A stretch of 64,000 nt of DNA from Podarcis melisellensis (taxonomy: Eukaryota). A program made the translations under genes and the position numbers. This document shows positions 38,926 to 52,862 of the stretch, in pieces (within the stretch, counting starts at the first letter, position 1; the number at the start of each line of letters is the position of its first letter). The notes below the pieces were generated by a model. That model was not told where the DNA came from. It worked only from the letters and a program-made list of their open reading frames with translations, and made no database searches. The stretch lies in NCBI GenBank assembly GCA_964234715.1, contig OZ174280.1, one strand, 5' to 3'.

Positions 38926-41428
38926 CTGAAAAACGGGGGGGGGGGGGAGTGTTAGCATGATATTTTGATTTATTTGCCCACACCATCACCACTTTCAGAT
39001 ATAAGTGAAATTTCTGTCTCAGCCCTAACCAAATATTTTGGAGGCATCCTATTGATATTGCTGGAACATCCTTTCACCTATCTCAGCACCCAGCACTCCG
39101 CTGCTGCTTCCATAGAAACAATTCTTTGTTTAATGGTATTTGGAGAGAAAGTGAACTACTCTATTCTTGCGATCAAGAGCCCATGGCCAAAATGTTTATT
39201 TAAGAACATTTTTTCTACAGAAATAATAATGTTGTGACTATTATATAAAAAGAAGAAAAGTTTACATTCTGTCATGATCACCAAAATTGAATTTAGAATT
39301 TAATCAGTTGCAAATACTTACTACTGTACAACCAATAGCTGATTTTAATGCAATGGCATTAGGATAGGAGGTTTACTATGCATTAGGGAGAGGGAGAATT
39401 AAACAAGGGATGTAGCACCTTATTTCCTTTTGTGCACAGCAACACACACACACAAAATGGATCTAGGGAAATTGTGTATTCAAAAATTTCTCTGGATATG
39501 GGGCAAAATCTCTCATTTACTTGGGTTTTAGTCCTATGGAAAGAGCATTCCTGTGCAAACTAATCCCTGATTCCCAGGCCACATGGATAAAACTATATTG
39601 TGCATTGGGTAACATCCATCTGTTCACAAAAGGGACAGAGATCCAGCAGAAAGGGGTGAGGCAAGACAAGGCAATTTCCCCTTCCCCAAGCAGCTCACAC
39701 TGTTCTGCAGGGTACCCAACTCTGGAGCAGCATGGGAAACTTGCCTCACCCACCACTAACCCCTCCACCCAAACTCCATTCAGTCTCGATCTAACAGAGT
39801 ATATTTATCTCATAACAACACTGGTTTTTGTTTCAATTTTCTTTTAAAACTACCGGTAACTAAATTGTTGAGTTTACAGTAAGTTTAATAATGTTACTCT
39901 ATCACACTATGCTGTTGCTTTGTTTTACCCAACATCTCAGGGAAATTGATAACTATCAAATTGTCTAGATTCTGAATTACGTTTGAAAATACAGTAGCTG
40001 ATATAAAAAGAAAACTCACCAAAAAAATTCTGATACCACACAACTCATAGCTTGGAAATGTTATATAAAATTTTACAACATAAAATTTCATTCATTTACA
40101 ATTTAGATAAACCTAAGTATTAATTTCACAGGTAGTTTCAAATCGTAGTTTCATAGGTAGTTTTGTACTGCTGGCAGTTTCACAAGAAACATTATTCCAG
40201 GAGGCTGCAGTGGCAAAGTCCACCCTAGGAAGATGAGGTATAGTTCAGTTCCTAATATTTCAGCTTCTGTAGACAACAGACAAATTTAACTGAAACTTAT
40301 TAAAATATTGTCCTGTTAATAAACCCAAAACTTACCAATCTGCAACTTTTTTCAACTAGCCTAAGAAAGTAGGAGCCTGTATTTCCATGGTGGAAATATG
40401 GGCTTCTTGGGTTTTGTAAGTGCCTTCTACCAAATGGACTGATGTGGGGAAGATGTTTTGCTGGCTCCAGAAGCAGTGAATCCCATTCATCTGCTGCCAG
40501 CATGGGAACCAAGTGGGTTGGTGGAGCAGGGATGGCTTTGTCCACCAGCCTGCTCCATTTCCTTACAACCTATGGCTACCTGGCAAGCTGTTCTCACATA
40601 AGGCTATTAAACCGCTTCTTCTTTAAGAGTAATAATGAGCAAGCATCTTTCATGAAAACTATTGTCTTTTTATGATACATTCAGATCTGCCCCTCAAGGA
40701 ATTGGTCAAGATGCAATTAGCTCAACACATAATGTGGGTTCTGAAATTGTGTTTCTGGAATACATTTTAAAAACAGTTTGCAATATGGCAAGAGGCAGGG
40801 GTTATAGGGAGTAAGAAATAGCACTGGGCATGCCCAAAGTAACTCTTTGGATCAGAGCCAATGTATTTAACCAGCTAAGAATTGCCAGTTAAAAATAAAT
40901 ATGTTGAATGCATAGAAACATCTGTTCTAACAACATATTCATTTAAATCAGCACATTTATAAAATACAGAGTTTGTGTAAGTCCTCAAAATCGATTTTAA
41001 AAGTATAAAACATTTCAACAGTAGACTTTGGAAAAGGGATTAGACATTTACATTAATGTTTGTCCGCTTTAATTTAAAAAGCGATTCAAAACCAAGTACA
41101 CATGCACCAGAAAAGGCCACCAATAAGCCTAACATGCACAGTTCCATATAAGTGCAGCCAACAATGTTGACTGAAACTAAACTTGAAAATCCAGGGCACT
41201 AATGCACAATATCAGGCAATAAAACAGCATCTCAGTGGTGATATTTAATTTAAAAAAGAAGAAAGAGGCAGGAGAAGATCAGGCACTGTCTGTTTTGGAG
41301 GATCAGCCATTCTGCATTTCAAAGCGTGGATCTCTGCAATATCCAGGTTACTGTGCTAGAATCTCCACTATTATATAGCAGTTGTAAGAGAGGGAGGGCA
41401 AAGATGTGTTTACTCAGTGATTAGGGCC

Positions 41429-41584
41429 NNNNNNNNNNNNNNNNNNNNNNNNNNNNNNNNNNNNNNNNNNNNNNNNNNNNNNNNNNNNNNNNNNNNNNNN
41501 NNNNNNNNNNNNNNNNNNNNNNNNNNNNNNNNNNNNNNNNNNNNNNNNNNNNNNNNNNNNNNNNNNNNNNNNNNNNNNNNNNNN
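41429..41584. other. Assembly gap (N run, 156 bp)
   Basis: Ns in the sequence. Confidence 1.
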
Positions 41585-43539
41585 TCATTATTTTTTCCAC
41601 AAGGAAACTTTAGGAAAGTGTTTAGTTAGAGAAAAACCCACATTGACCTCTCCCTAAACCCTTAATCTTTCCTTTGTGGTGGGACTGCTTTGTGGTAAGC
41701 GGATGGCTTTGCTCTCCTCTTTTCATTGGGAGCAGAGAAAAAAAGGCTCTTGAGAAACTCCTTTCGTCCCAAAGAAACAACCCCATGAAACTGTTAAATA
41801 TAAGATTCCATGTGAATGAACTTTCCAAAATATGTACAGTTTAAAGCTAGGAGTTGAGGCCAAATACTAGAAAACAAGGCAGGTGCACACTTTAGCATAT
41901 GTAAATTAGGAAATGGCCAAAAATATTTAACTACCCCCATTTATCGATTGAAATGCCATTTGGATTTCAAATTCAGATCATTCAGTTTGGCCATTTCTGG
42001 CACGAAGTAGAATCATATTCAGTCTCTTGGCTAAAGATGCCTTGGATTAAAAAATATATATACTAGAGTAGTAAAGATCCAAAAGTACTCTGGGAAGGAA
42101 ATGACTACCAAATCTCAAAACTTCTAATTTACCAACATTAATAACAATTTCATTTAAAATATACAGGCAACATTTAGCAATAGTACGTGTAATGATTTGA
42201 GTCTGTGTTTTTCCTAATACCAAGAAACCTTGCATTTGCTACATTTCTACAAAACAATCAATTAAAAACAAATCCATACAAACTGTTTTGGATGAAGCAG
42301 CAGCGAAATCGTAAAACACAAGAAGAAACCATCAATCAAATTGCTGAGTGGTCTTGAGGAGGTTAGCTTTTCAGTGACCAAACTCCTTAGCAAAGTTCCC
42401 GGGAATGTATTAAGATAATAGGAGCTTTGTCCCTTTAGATCTTCCTCTGTGAGGAAGTGAGGTAACAAGATTACTAAAAGGGCATTATCTGGAGAAAGTA
42501 TTACTTGGAAGTGACACCACTATTTAATTCTGAGGAAGATTTTTCTTCAAAGCACCTGAGCTAGCCGCCAAAATCCAAATGGCTCACAATGTGATTTGGG
42601 GGCCTAGCTTTTGAAAATCCTACCTGAGCTGTTGGCTTGAGTGAGTGAGGATTAAAACATGCCTAAATTCTCTTAAATTCTGTTTGGTTAATTTTGGTTT
42701 GTTTATTAAATTACCATGGTTCAGTCATTAAATATCAGATATTAGTATCTGGCATGATCTCTTTCCCTAGTGCATTGTTTCCTTTGGCAGACTTGCCTCA
42801 GAAAAGCACTTAATTTTTCAACCCAACAATCCTAAAAGGCAGAATATGCCACCATTTGAAATATATAGGCATGTATCCCTTAATTTTGAAATGCTAATTG
42901 CTTCTGAATGTAGGCGAAGCTTGTTAAGAATTATAAATTATTATTAAATCCAGTTTAATTTTCTGATCTTGCATTTGCAGCTATTTCCCCCCCTTCCATC
43001 AGTCTTAAGAAACCAAAGAATAAAGGGTATTAATAATAAGGTATTTAGTCATCAGCCCAAGAACAGTCCCGAATGACAGATAATATCGGAACAGAATAAC
43101 AAAACAACTTTTATATCCACATTTTTCATTGTTTGTGGTCAAATCTCTTTTTAATTTTAAGTACAAAAGTATGTAAGACTTGTTTTATACTAAATAAAAA
43201 ATATGTATGGGGTGTTCTGTTGCAGAATAACTATGTGGCCAATAAGGACTCTGTAGTCCTCAATTTGGTACCTTGTGCTAGAGAAAGGTAGCAACTGTGA
43301 TGAAGATGAGCTCTGTGCATGCAAAGGGACAGCTGATTTGCTTGCATTATTGAAAGAAATGGCAAAGCTTGCTTACATATCACAAATGCATGTGACAACG
43401 TGCATGGACTTCTAAACCAGAGACAAAAACCTAATTAATCAACACCAAATATTATTTTTTGCTAGGGGATGTATGACCCTATTCAAAAGAGGCTATTGAC
43501 CAATTATCTGGACTCAAGACCCACCAACCCACAGGGCTT

Positions 43540-44090
43540 CCATCTTGCCAGTTTACTGGCCTTTATCTAGCCCATCACTGAGTCCTAGCATCAGCCCAAG
43601 GATCGCGCAGCCTCTTGATTTGGCTATTTCAGATAAAAAGAGCTGGGTATCAGCAGCATACTGTTGACATTTCCCCCCAAATATCCAAATGATTGCCTTA
43701 AATGGCTTTTTATAAACAACATTAGGGACAAGATGATACCCCACAGCACCCCAAGGCCCAGGGTGCCAAAAGACAATCACCCAATTGAAAATGACCCAAC
43801 ACCTTCAATATCTATCCCACCAAATCAGCTTGGAAGGATACCATGGAGGATGATATCAAAAGCCACTGAGAGATTAAGTAAAAATAACAGGTTTGCACTC
43901 TGCCTGTCCTTGTCCCAATAAAGAGAGTGACCAAGGTCAATTTAGCCCTATAACTAGGCCTAGATCCAGATTGAAATGGGTCAAGATAATCTGTTTCATC
44001 CAAGAATACCTGCAACTGTTGAGACACAACCCTCTCAATCACCTTCCCTAAAATGGGAGTATTTGTGACCAGGCAGCAGTTGTCACAGAC
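43540..44090 (-). mobile_element. L2 LINE reverse-transcriptase fragment, frameshifted
   Basis: PILGKVIERVVSQQLQVFLDETDYLDPFQSG and QQYAADTQLFLS (degenerate YADDTQLY) in different frames. Confidence 0.88.
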
Positions 44091-44927
44091 CAATAGGAAA
44101 AGCATAGGCTTTTTCAGGTTTCAGGTAATATGTTTGAACAATAATAGTCTTTTGGGGAAAGGAATTGCAGTGCTCAGCCAGGATCTGTAGGTGGTACTGA
44201 AGACCAAGTTGTTGCTGACTTGATTTGAAATCTTTTGTTTTTAACTTTTGACCTAAATGATTGCATTTAAAGTAGGTGTTGTTGTTGTATTATACAGTGC
44301 CATCCACATTGCTAGGCAAGCAGGGCCCAAGCAGACCAGAGTGCAGCAGCCTGCAGTTTAGGGTCCAGACCCTGAAAGCCAGAGAGGTGAGCAAACCGGC
44401 TTTCCCAGGCCCATGGAGCCTGAGGGGGGCAAGGGAAGGAAGGAGAAGAGGGAAAGTCCCATCACACAAGTTATAGTCCTTGCACAAGGCTTCTGCTGAC
44501 AGGGCTGCTTAGGTGGATCTTCTCTCTCAAATGTTATTTCTCCACATGCCATTCAACATGATTTCACACAACCATTTTTACCTCACATTTAATATCATGA
44601 AGTAGAACTAGGCAGCTGATAATTTCAGCACATTTAAAAATCAGAAGTACACAGATGAGTAAATTTGATAACCATCTTGGTGAATCATTTTCAGCATCTA
44701 GATCTAAAGAACACATGATGAAGAAAACTCAAAACCAAGCAATAATTTCATCCCCCTCCCCCCCAAAAACCCAGTCTAAACCAATTAAGCATTTAGGATC
44801 AACCAAAGATTCAAAAACTTTGTAAAATAAGGATAACTAAATCTGTTTTAACTAACAGCACTGGTTTGCATAAATGTAGCCCTTTGCTTTTCCCTCTGTG
44901 GTGACGTACACACTCTTTTAAAAATAC

Positions 44928-45112
44928 GATGCTACCTCATACTGAGCGAAGTAACCAGGTCCACCTAGACCACTACTCTGCTTGAACTAGCAGGACCTAT
45001 CCACAGTTTCAGGTAGAAGTATTTCCCAACCCTGCCACCAGAGTCATTTAAGCGGAAATCCCAAGGACTGAACTGGGAACCTTCTGCATACAGAACATGA
45101 GCTCAGCTGAAA
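44928..45112 (-). mobile_element. tRNA-derived SINE (Squam2-like), degraded
   Basis: Minus strand tgtatgcagaaggttcccagttcagtcc head and ctaggtggacc...cagtatgaggtagc tail; related piece at ~52402-52485. Confidence 0.6.
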
Positions 45113-46156
45113 CACAAACACTCAACACACTTTTTACAAGATGTGTGACATCCTTGAGCTGCTTTATAGCATTTGGCCTACATTCATAATAATTTTAGGT
45201 TTGAAAATTAACGCAGTTTCTTAATATTTTCATAGTAAAATTTCAACACACTTGCATTGTGATTACCATTTTGACCAGCTTTGTATATGTATCACTTTCA
45301 TAAAATGCTTGAAGTATTGCAAAATATATTACATGAATATACAGTATATATGAATATTTTTGTTTAACCTATGAAATACACAAAATAAATTTGGATTTTC
45401 TGACCATGGGCTAGGCTGGATGTGCATATGGATTGAGTTATTCTTATCTATTCTAACCAAGCAATGTGTGTGGCCTCAAACAGATCATATTGGCCACTGT
45501 GTTTATTTCAGTAAGTTGAAGTGAAGCATTACAGATGCCAATAGGTAATGTTTCCCTCTATCCACCTCAGGATTTGACTCGCAATTGATTCTCCCATCTG
45601 GTATTTGGGTTCAGCAGGAAAGCTTTGAGACTTAATTAATAATTTCAAAGCTTGAGTTCACTTTTGCTGAAGTTGCAATATCATGATATTAGAATAGCTT
45701 GCATCAGAATATTTGTTGAAAGAGATGATGGAATTATTAAAGGTACAGTACTTCTTGCTTGCAGTTAAACATTCCAGTAATTTTATTTTGGAAATGTTAT
45801 CAGACTGTCAGACAGGCCTATTCTTTTAGCAATTAAAATGCTGCAAAAAGTAAAGCTGCAAAATCTGAGAATGGAGACAGAAATTTTATTGCAACAGCAA
45901 CAGTGAAACACATTTTTCACATCTGTTTCATCATCAATCAGTGATTACCTTAATATACTTTCAGAACATACAGAAGGTTTGCTGAATTCCACATTTTGTT
46001 ATCTGAATGTCTTATGGCACCTGGATGGTAGCGATATGGACACCATTATGATTATTTGGCTAATCAAATTATGGATATAGAGGATATGATTCTGCTTTGG
46101 ATGTCAGGAAAACAAAAAAAATTATATGAAAATAGGAAAACGTTTACAGTATATAA

Positions 46157-46489
46157 TAGCCATATTCAAGTATCTAAAGGGTTGCCACATGGAAGATGGA
46201 ACATATTTTTCTCCTGCTTTGGAGGGTAGGACTCAAACCAATGGATTCAAGTTACAAGAAAGGAGTTTCTGACTAAACATCAGGAAGTAGTTTCTGACAG
46301 TAAGAGCCGTTCGACAGTGGAACAGACTCCCTTGGGAGGTTGTGGAGTCACCTTCCTTGGAGGTTTTTAAGCAGATGTTGGATGGCCATCTGTCAAGGAT
46401 GCTTTAGTTGAGATTCCTGCATTGCATGGGGTTGGACCAGATGACTCTGGGGGTCCCTTCCAACTCTGAAATTCTACAGTTCTATGATT
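46157..46489 (+). mobile_element. CR1 LINE 3' end
   Basis: ttcaagtatctaaagggttgcc...ggtcccttccaactct...ttctatgatt, the canonical CR1 3' UTR and octamer tail. Confidence 0.92.
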
Positions 46490-46999
46490 AATTTTTTATC
46501 TAAGATAATCCAGGGACACACTCTTGGCTTCCCAATAAAATTGTAATAGTGTGTACTTGTGGGAAAATGTTTCAGTTTGTGTTCTTCCTTTTCTGCATAG
46601 TTGCTAGAAATTAAGAGGGGGTTCTCAGCAACCATTTATTCCCAGGGCAAATGCTGAGTGGAATAGATTTTGGATCTGAGAATATGTGGGGGGGGACTAA
46701 GTGGGGGAAATTAAATAAAATTAAAATGGCCAATTGAGAGTTAGCTTGCTCAGTGGACATTAAATGTGGTTGGCAAGGTAGAAAGCTGTTGGGAATAGAG
46801 TAACTTGGAGGGAGATAGTGAACAAAATAGTGTTACAGGGTCCCACTTGTATAACTGTGCTCATAAATCCAGGTAGTGCTGTAATCAATTTCATCTGCTG
46901 GAAGATCCTTCTGCCAAAAGCATTTATGAAGCATGTAAGGGTTCAATCTGAATTCGGTAACTAACCGGCCTGAAGCTGAATCCCAACATGGAAACATTG

Positions 47000-47562
47000 T
47001 GGGTGAGTGTTGTCAGGTTTGGGGATGAGGTTGCACTACCCCCTAAAGGAGCAGGTATGCAGTTTAGGGATACTCTTTGATCTAGCATTGCCACTCGAGG
47101 CCCAGATGGCCTCAGTGTCCCAAAGTTCACATTGCCAGCATTGCTGGTTCATTAGCTGAAATTCCCTTGTGCACAGGGATAGCTTAGCTATGGTGATTTA
47201 TGTTCTGGTAACCTCCTGGCTAGATTATGTGTGGCTGCCATGAGATGCCTTGGAAGCATCAGTCAGTGCGGAGCTTAGCTGCTAGAATTTTGACGAGTAC
47301 AGCAAGAGTCATTCAATATTACTGCTATTTTGAAATATCTACACTAGCTGCTTGTTTGCTTTAGAGCCCAATTTCAAGTGCTGGTGCTTCCTTTTAAAGC
47401 CATAAATGGTTTGGACCTGAAGGTGTTCCTATTTCACTACTAGCCTATCCCTGTTTTAGGATCTTCTGGAGAGGCTCTGTTCTAAGTACCCTATTAAGCA
47501 GAAGTATGTTAAGCTTCCACAGAGGACAGATTTTTTCCTGTGGTGGTGCCCAACCTTGGAAT
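47000..47562 (+). mobile_element. L2 ORF2 C-terminal fragment
   Basis: LDY, LHWLP-like (ctacactagctgcttg), FKVLVL (ttcaagtgctggtgc) and APxLWN (cccaaccttggaat) remnants. Confidence 0.7.
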
Positions 47563-48483
47563 GTAAAGAGGCATACATAGCACTGAAATTACAATATTGT
47601 GGGCACCAATAGACCTTCCTATCTACTCTTGCATCTTTGAACCTGGCAGTAGCATATGGCAGGCATGCACATATATAAGAAATGTGAAAAGATAACTCAT
47701 ATATAATAGCCATAACTTACAGATCATTTAAAGGTGGATTTAGTTAAATTCACATTTGAATTAGTACACTTACAGTATTCTATAACATACCAACAATAAA
47801 CTAGGCAGAAATAAACTTAGTTCATATGTGTGTGGTTTTTTTAAAGAACTATATAGGTATCACTAAGACTTCTAACATGAATTTCTTTTCAGTAATTTTT
47901 ATTAAATTTTCAAATTTCCATTATAGCCATCCATTCAACAACTTTCCTTCCAAGGTTCTTTTAATTTGTCCGCCATTCCTGAATATTTTTGTAAATCCAT
48001 CTAATTCATTTCCCCATCTTACATACCTTTTAAATATGTTATACTGTTGAATTTACCGTAATAATGACACCGTTTTCAGCTGTACACAATTATTTTCAGC
48101 AAAAATTTCCCACTCCTCTTTAAATACCTGTTCTTCTTGCTCTCTTATTCTACTTGTTAGACCTGCTACCTCTGCATATTCTATCATCTAATCCTCCTTG
48201 CTATGGACCTCCCTCACCTTCCATTTTTGAGCTACCAAGATCTGAGCTGTCATTGTTGCATACATTAAAAAGTTTTTCTGACACCTGGGTACCTCTGTCT
48301 GAACCATTCCTAACAGAAATGACTCTGTTTTTTTGGGAATGTTGTTTTAAACTTTTTTTTATCTCATTATATATCATTTCCCAATGTTCTTTGACTTTTT
48401 TGCATGCCCACCACATATGGAAAAAGTTCCTTTCATTTCTTTACATTTCCAACACAAATCCGATTCCGCTTATACATCTTAGC

Positions 48484-48857
48484 CAGTGTTCAAAACTCCC
48501 ATTGTTCGAAGTGCATTTTCTGGCAGCAAATTCCATTAGAGTGAACAGTTTCTGAGCTCTGGGAGCAGTACTACACCTAATATTTCAGATTAAAACTGCA
48601 AAGTGGCAGGAAAGGAGGATCTTTTTATGCCTCCCCACTTCCAGCCACTATCTGGAAAATAAATCCTTTTAAGAATATTGGGGGGGGCAGGGGAAAGACT
48701 AGGCTATGTGAAAAAAGAACATGATATTTTAGCTGCAGTTCATTCGTTTTCAGCCTTGTATTCTTGTTATAAGACAAGACATTTAGTTGTTGCTCCCAGA
48801 ACCTAGGTTTAAGGTGCCGTTTAGCTCCTAGCTTTCATATCTCAGTTTCTAACACTG
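48484..48857. mobile_element. hAT non-autonomous element inserted into the L1
   Basis: CAGTGTT...AACACTG termini; 8-bp TSD atcttagc / atcttagt; L1 reading resumes across it. Confidence 0.8.
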
Positions 48858-49168
48858 ATCTTAGTTAGTCTACTTGGGGTTAGATACCATCTATGAATCA
48901 TTTTCATGTATTCTCTTTCAACGTGTAGTAAATTTCAGCTCTTTCTTTCAGAGTTTCTCCCAGAGGTTTAGTTCTATATTATACCCTATATCAATTGCCC
49001 AGTAGGTCACCTAGGCTTTAACCAGCTTGTCTTTTGTTTCCCATTCCAATAATTGCTTATATATTTTAGACAATAATTTTTCATTATTCTGCAATAACTC
49101 TCTTTCAAATTGTGAGATTTTCTCCAAAACTCAATTTTTCTTATCTAGTTTAAACATATCATATAATT

Positions 49169-49422
49169 CAGGGTCAGCAAACTTTTTCAGCGGGGGGGGG
49201 GGCGGTCCACTGTCCCTCAAACCTTGTGGGGGGCTGGACTATATTTTGAAGGGGAAAAAAATAAATGAATTCCTATGCCCCACAAATAACCCAGAGTGCA
49301 TTTTAAATAAAAGCACACATTCTACTCATGTAAAAAACACAGATTCCCGGACCGTCTGTGGGCCGGATTTAGAAAGTGATTGGGCCGGATCCAGCCCCCA
49401 GGCCTTAGTTTGCCTACCCATG
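49169..49422. mobile_element. hAT-Charlie-type MITE inserted into the L1
   Basis: cagggtcagcaaact / agtttgcctacccatg; perfect 8-bp TSD atataatt. Confidence 0.9.
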
Positions 49423-49611
49423 ATATAATTGATAATATTGTAACCAATCAGTAACTTGGCTCTGCTTCTAACATGAATGTCAGGAAGGTTAGATTATGAG
49501 AGAGTCACAATATGTATGCAGGAGAAGACAGTCTTTTTGAAATCGGGCAAAAACACATTTTCAGTAACTACATGTATCTTTAAAAAAAGAGATCACAATG
49601 TCTCTTCATCC

Positions 49612-49612
49612 A

Positions 49613-49659
<47 letters not shown>

Positions 49660-49669
49660 GCAAGCAAGC
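49612..49669. repeat. (AAAT)n microsatellite grading into (AAGC)n
   Basis: Seen directly. Confidence 0.95.
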
Positions 49670-50645
49670 TACTACATGTATACCAAGTACATAAGAAAAG
49701 TACAATTTCTAATAACCAGAACCTTTCATTAACTTTCTATTTTATTCATATATATATTGAGTTTATCCTTGTTCATATTCACAAAAACTGCTAGATGTTT
49801 TCCTCACAAAGGATAAACAAAGTACAAAGAAACTAGTTTTTGCTCTGGAGCTGAAGCTGAGTTTTTACAGAACACCTTCTGCTCAGACAACTTAAAATTC
49901 CCCAAGAAAAGGGACAAGGTCTACACACACTCTTGGCTGCAAAGTGCTCTCAAATTAAATCAGTTTGAAGTGGTTTTCATTAAGATGGATTGAGTGTGGC
50001 ATCGTGAGAAACACTTTATAAAATGTAGTGTTTTACTTAGTGATTAACTATATACCAGTTGATGAAGCTCCCTAAATCCTTCGTAATCCGACCACTCCAA
50101 TAAACATTTAATGAGCATATAAATTCAAAAAGCCTAGCAGAGGATTTAAACCTTCAATCTTGTTTTTATTTACTCTTCCAACTCAATTTCTCACTTCAAG
50201 TTAAGAATGCTATTGCTTCAAGCTCGTCTGTTGCCCTGGTAAAATTAAGTGCCCTCTGCAGCTCAGTTTAGAACATATGGTTTCAGATTTCAATTATTTT
50301 AGAAGTAAAGTATATATTTTAGAAATTGTATTTTAAAAAACATTACTACTTCCTAATAACTACTCTTAAGGAAATCCTCCCATTAGGAAATGAGTGAAAT
50401 TAGGAAATAATGTAAAACTGTAAGAGAGTTTGATCCTTTTAAACTTGTTATTCAGTTACTTGATACATTGGCCTGGTTCAAGTGTCTCTGTGGTTTAATG
50501 TGAACAAAAAAGTCCCCACTTCACTGCTCTTCCACTCCTGCTGGAGCATGTTGGGAGCAACTACCCACAAGCCTTGGCTTCTTATGTCATTTGAATCCAA
50601 GCTTGTGGTTTGTTTTTCTAACAACTCACCCTTATTGCCCATAGC

Positions 50646-50850
50646 CAAGGCGTTGTATCCAATACTGCTGCTCCACTTGAGCAGCAGACTTCTAGTTGCG
50701 CAATGGCTGTTCCCCCTCCTCTCACCCGTGCATCATCAAAATCTACTCCAGAGACCCTCCAGAGCAGATTCTGGGTATGTGTGGGGAAAGGCGGAAGGCT
50801 CTGATCATGCAGTCAGAACCTCACTGATATAGTATCGAATACAACACTTG
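50646..50850. mobile_element. Old TIR element nested in another old DNA element
   Basis: TIR-like caaggcgttgtatccaatact / agtatcgaatacaacacttg. Confidence 0.55.
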
Positions 50851-51163
50851 TGTTGTTCTTGGCTTACCACTTGTAGTTTGAGGGAAACAACCACTAGGGC
50901 TCAAACAACATGACAGGCCAAGGTTTATGATTCGCCCCCACTTCCAGCGTGGCATAGTCGGAAGTAGGGGCAAAAGTAAAGTAGGGATGTCTGACCAGCA
51001 TGCATTGCTGCTTGTTCATGTTAAGCCACAGTTAAACATTAACTATGTTTCAATGTGACATGCAAACATAACCAATTTTGGAACTAACTACTGCAATAGT
51101 TAATCAGTGTAGGAAGTGGCCCGAAAGGCATTTTAGACAGTATACTATTAAAAATGTACTTAC

Positions 51164-51245
51164 ATCTCTGGCTTTTCCATAGAAAGCCTCTTGAAAAGCA
51201 GCCTCTAATGATCCAATAAAAAATACTGGATGGCAGTCACCATAT
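51164..51245 (-). CDS. FAF1: FAF1 coding exon (exon 12 equivalent), (R)YGDCHPVFFIGSLEAAFQEAFYGKARD, UAS domain
   Basis: Acceptor cacag|A, donor GAT|gtaagt; 82 bp; within ORF 51104..51313. Confidence 0.97.
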
Positions 51246-52519
51246 CTGTGTGAATACCAAAAAGTTTCAATTAATTTTTTTAAAAAATAATAATAATAAA
51301 TGGGTTCCAGCACTTATTTTTTTTTTTTAACAAAAACACAGAATAACTACATTTTCTAGGAAGCAATATTTTAAACATTTTATTTGCATTCAACACTTCA
51401 GATCAACACACCACAATATATTTCAGGCATATACACACTTTTCATTTCTGTATAGATAAAATTGTTATCTATCAAACTGAGAGCTACCAGGGGCAGAAAT
51501 GCAACTCTGAGATACAGAAGACTAACACTGAGAGCAGTCTCAAGTAAATGACTTTGGCATGCCTGAAATGTAAACGTTATCAATCTTATACTTAGCGTAA
51601 AACTTTAAGTTAAATGATAGAATGCCAGCTTTAAACAAATGCTGCCACAAAAATAAATTTTTGTTCTTATTTGTTCATTTGTCTTCCAAGGGACAATGGG
51701 AAGACCTTCACAGGAACAGGCCACTGTTGGTAGCATAAACAGAAAGTTATAGAGGAAGGGAGGGAGGGGTTTCTAAATGACACAAATGGAGAGCTACTCT
51801 CCACGAGGCATTTGCAGAGGTTTGTCCTTTGCTTGTTACCCAAAATTGCAGAAAGCATAAGTACTTCCTGCCATACCTCTGACCATATGAAGTCGCTCAG
51901 AATAACAAAGCTTCAAAATCAAAACTCACAAGTTTGAGCCACTAAAGTTCCCATGGTAGAGCTAACTGCACGAAACTGCATTAGCTACAAGAATAATTTG
52001 TAGAGTACGGTAAATAGTATTAGTCTCCTCACCTTCCGTAACTGCATTAAGTTTATTCATAGCCATTCGACCCAGCCTCAGCTAACTACATTTCCTTCCC
52101 TTTCTTCCTAATCTGGAATCGGATGGAAAAATATTCTCAACAGGATGTTAAACTATCCCACTGCTCACTGAAAGCAGAGAAATTCAAAAGGTAAAATAAG
52201 TCTTGTCCTTTTGAAGGTAGCTGGGCAATAGGAATATCGAAGAGAAGTGTGCAGAAATGGAAAACTTGCTCCTACAGGCAGCTGGATCCTACTCAAAAAC
52301 CACCCTCTGAAATGCCTTCCACCAAAACCAACACTGTCAGTCTTGTAATGGCTGCTGGAGATAGGCACCTAAGAACAGTTCTCAAAAGCTGAGCTGCGTG
52401 GCTTAGGAAGCTGCCTTATGTGGAATGATACCATAGACTGGCAGTGGCTCTCTGAGGTTTCATTCCCATCTGTACCTGGAGATGCACAATACACATCAGG
52501 AGGCTTAGTTTGGTCAGGA

Positions 52520-52641
52520 TCGGACCCCCCAGATGTTTTGGGACTATAACTCCCATCATCCCTAGCTAACAGGACCAGTGGCCAGAGATGATGGGAATTG
52601 TAGTCCCAAAGCATCTGGAGGGCTGAGTTTGGGGGTGCCTG
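52520..52641. mobile_element. 5'-truncated hAT MITE copy flanked by a 16-bp direct repeat
   Basis: Two differences from the neighbour at 52726-52862; agtttggtcaggatcg at 52507-52522 and 52642-52657. Confidence 0.9.
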
Positions 52642-52725
52642 AGTTTGGTCAGGATCGAGTATACGCTTTCAGAGTTAACACAAAATACATTACTTATGGT
52701 AAGTGAGCCACCATAACTGCTAGAG

Positions 52726-52862
52726 CAGGCATTCCCAAACTCGGACCCCCCAGATGTTTTGGGACTATAACTCCCATCATCCCTAGCTAACAGGACCAGT
52801 GGTCAGAGATGATGGGAATTGTAGTCCCAAAGCATCTGGAGGGCCGAGTTTGGGGGTGCCTG
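52726..52862. mobile_element. Full-length hAT-Charlie-type palindromic MITE
   Basis: TIR caggcattcccaaactcgg / ccgagtttgggggtgcctg; decayed TSD tgctagag / cactggag. Confidence 0.9.

Larger units (their letters stand above)
47875..49470 (-). mobile_element. L1/Tx1-clade LINE ORF2 C-terminal fragment, split by two hAT MITEs
   Basis: Minus-strand translation gives DWLQYYQL, MKMIHRWYLTPSRL, KMYK, CWKCK, GTFFHMWWACKKVK (CCHC knuckle). Confidence 0.8.
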
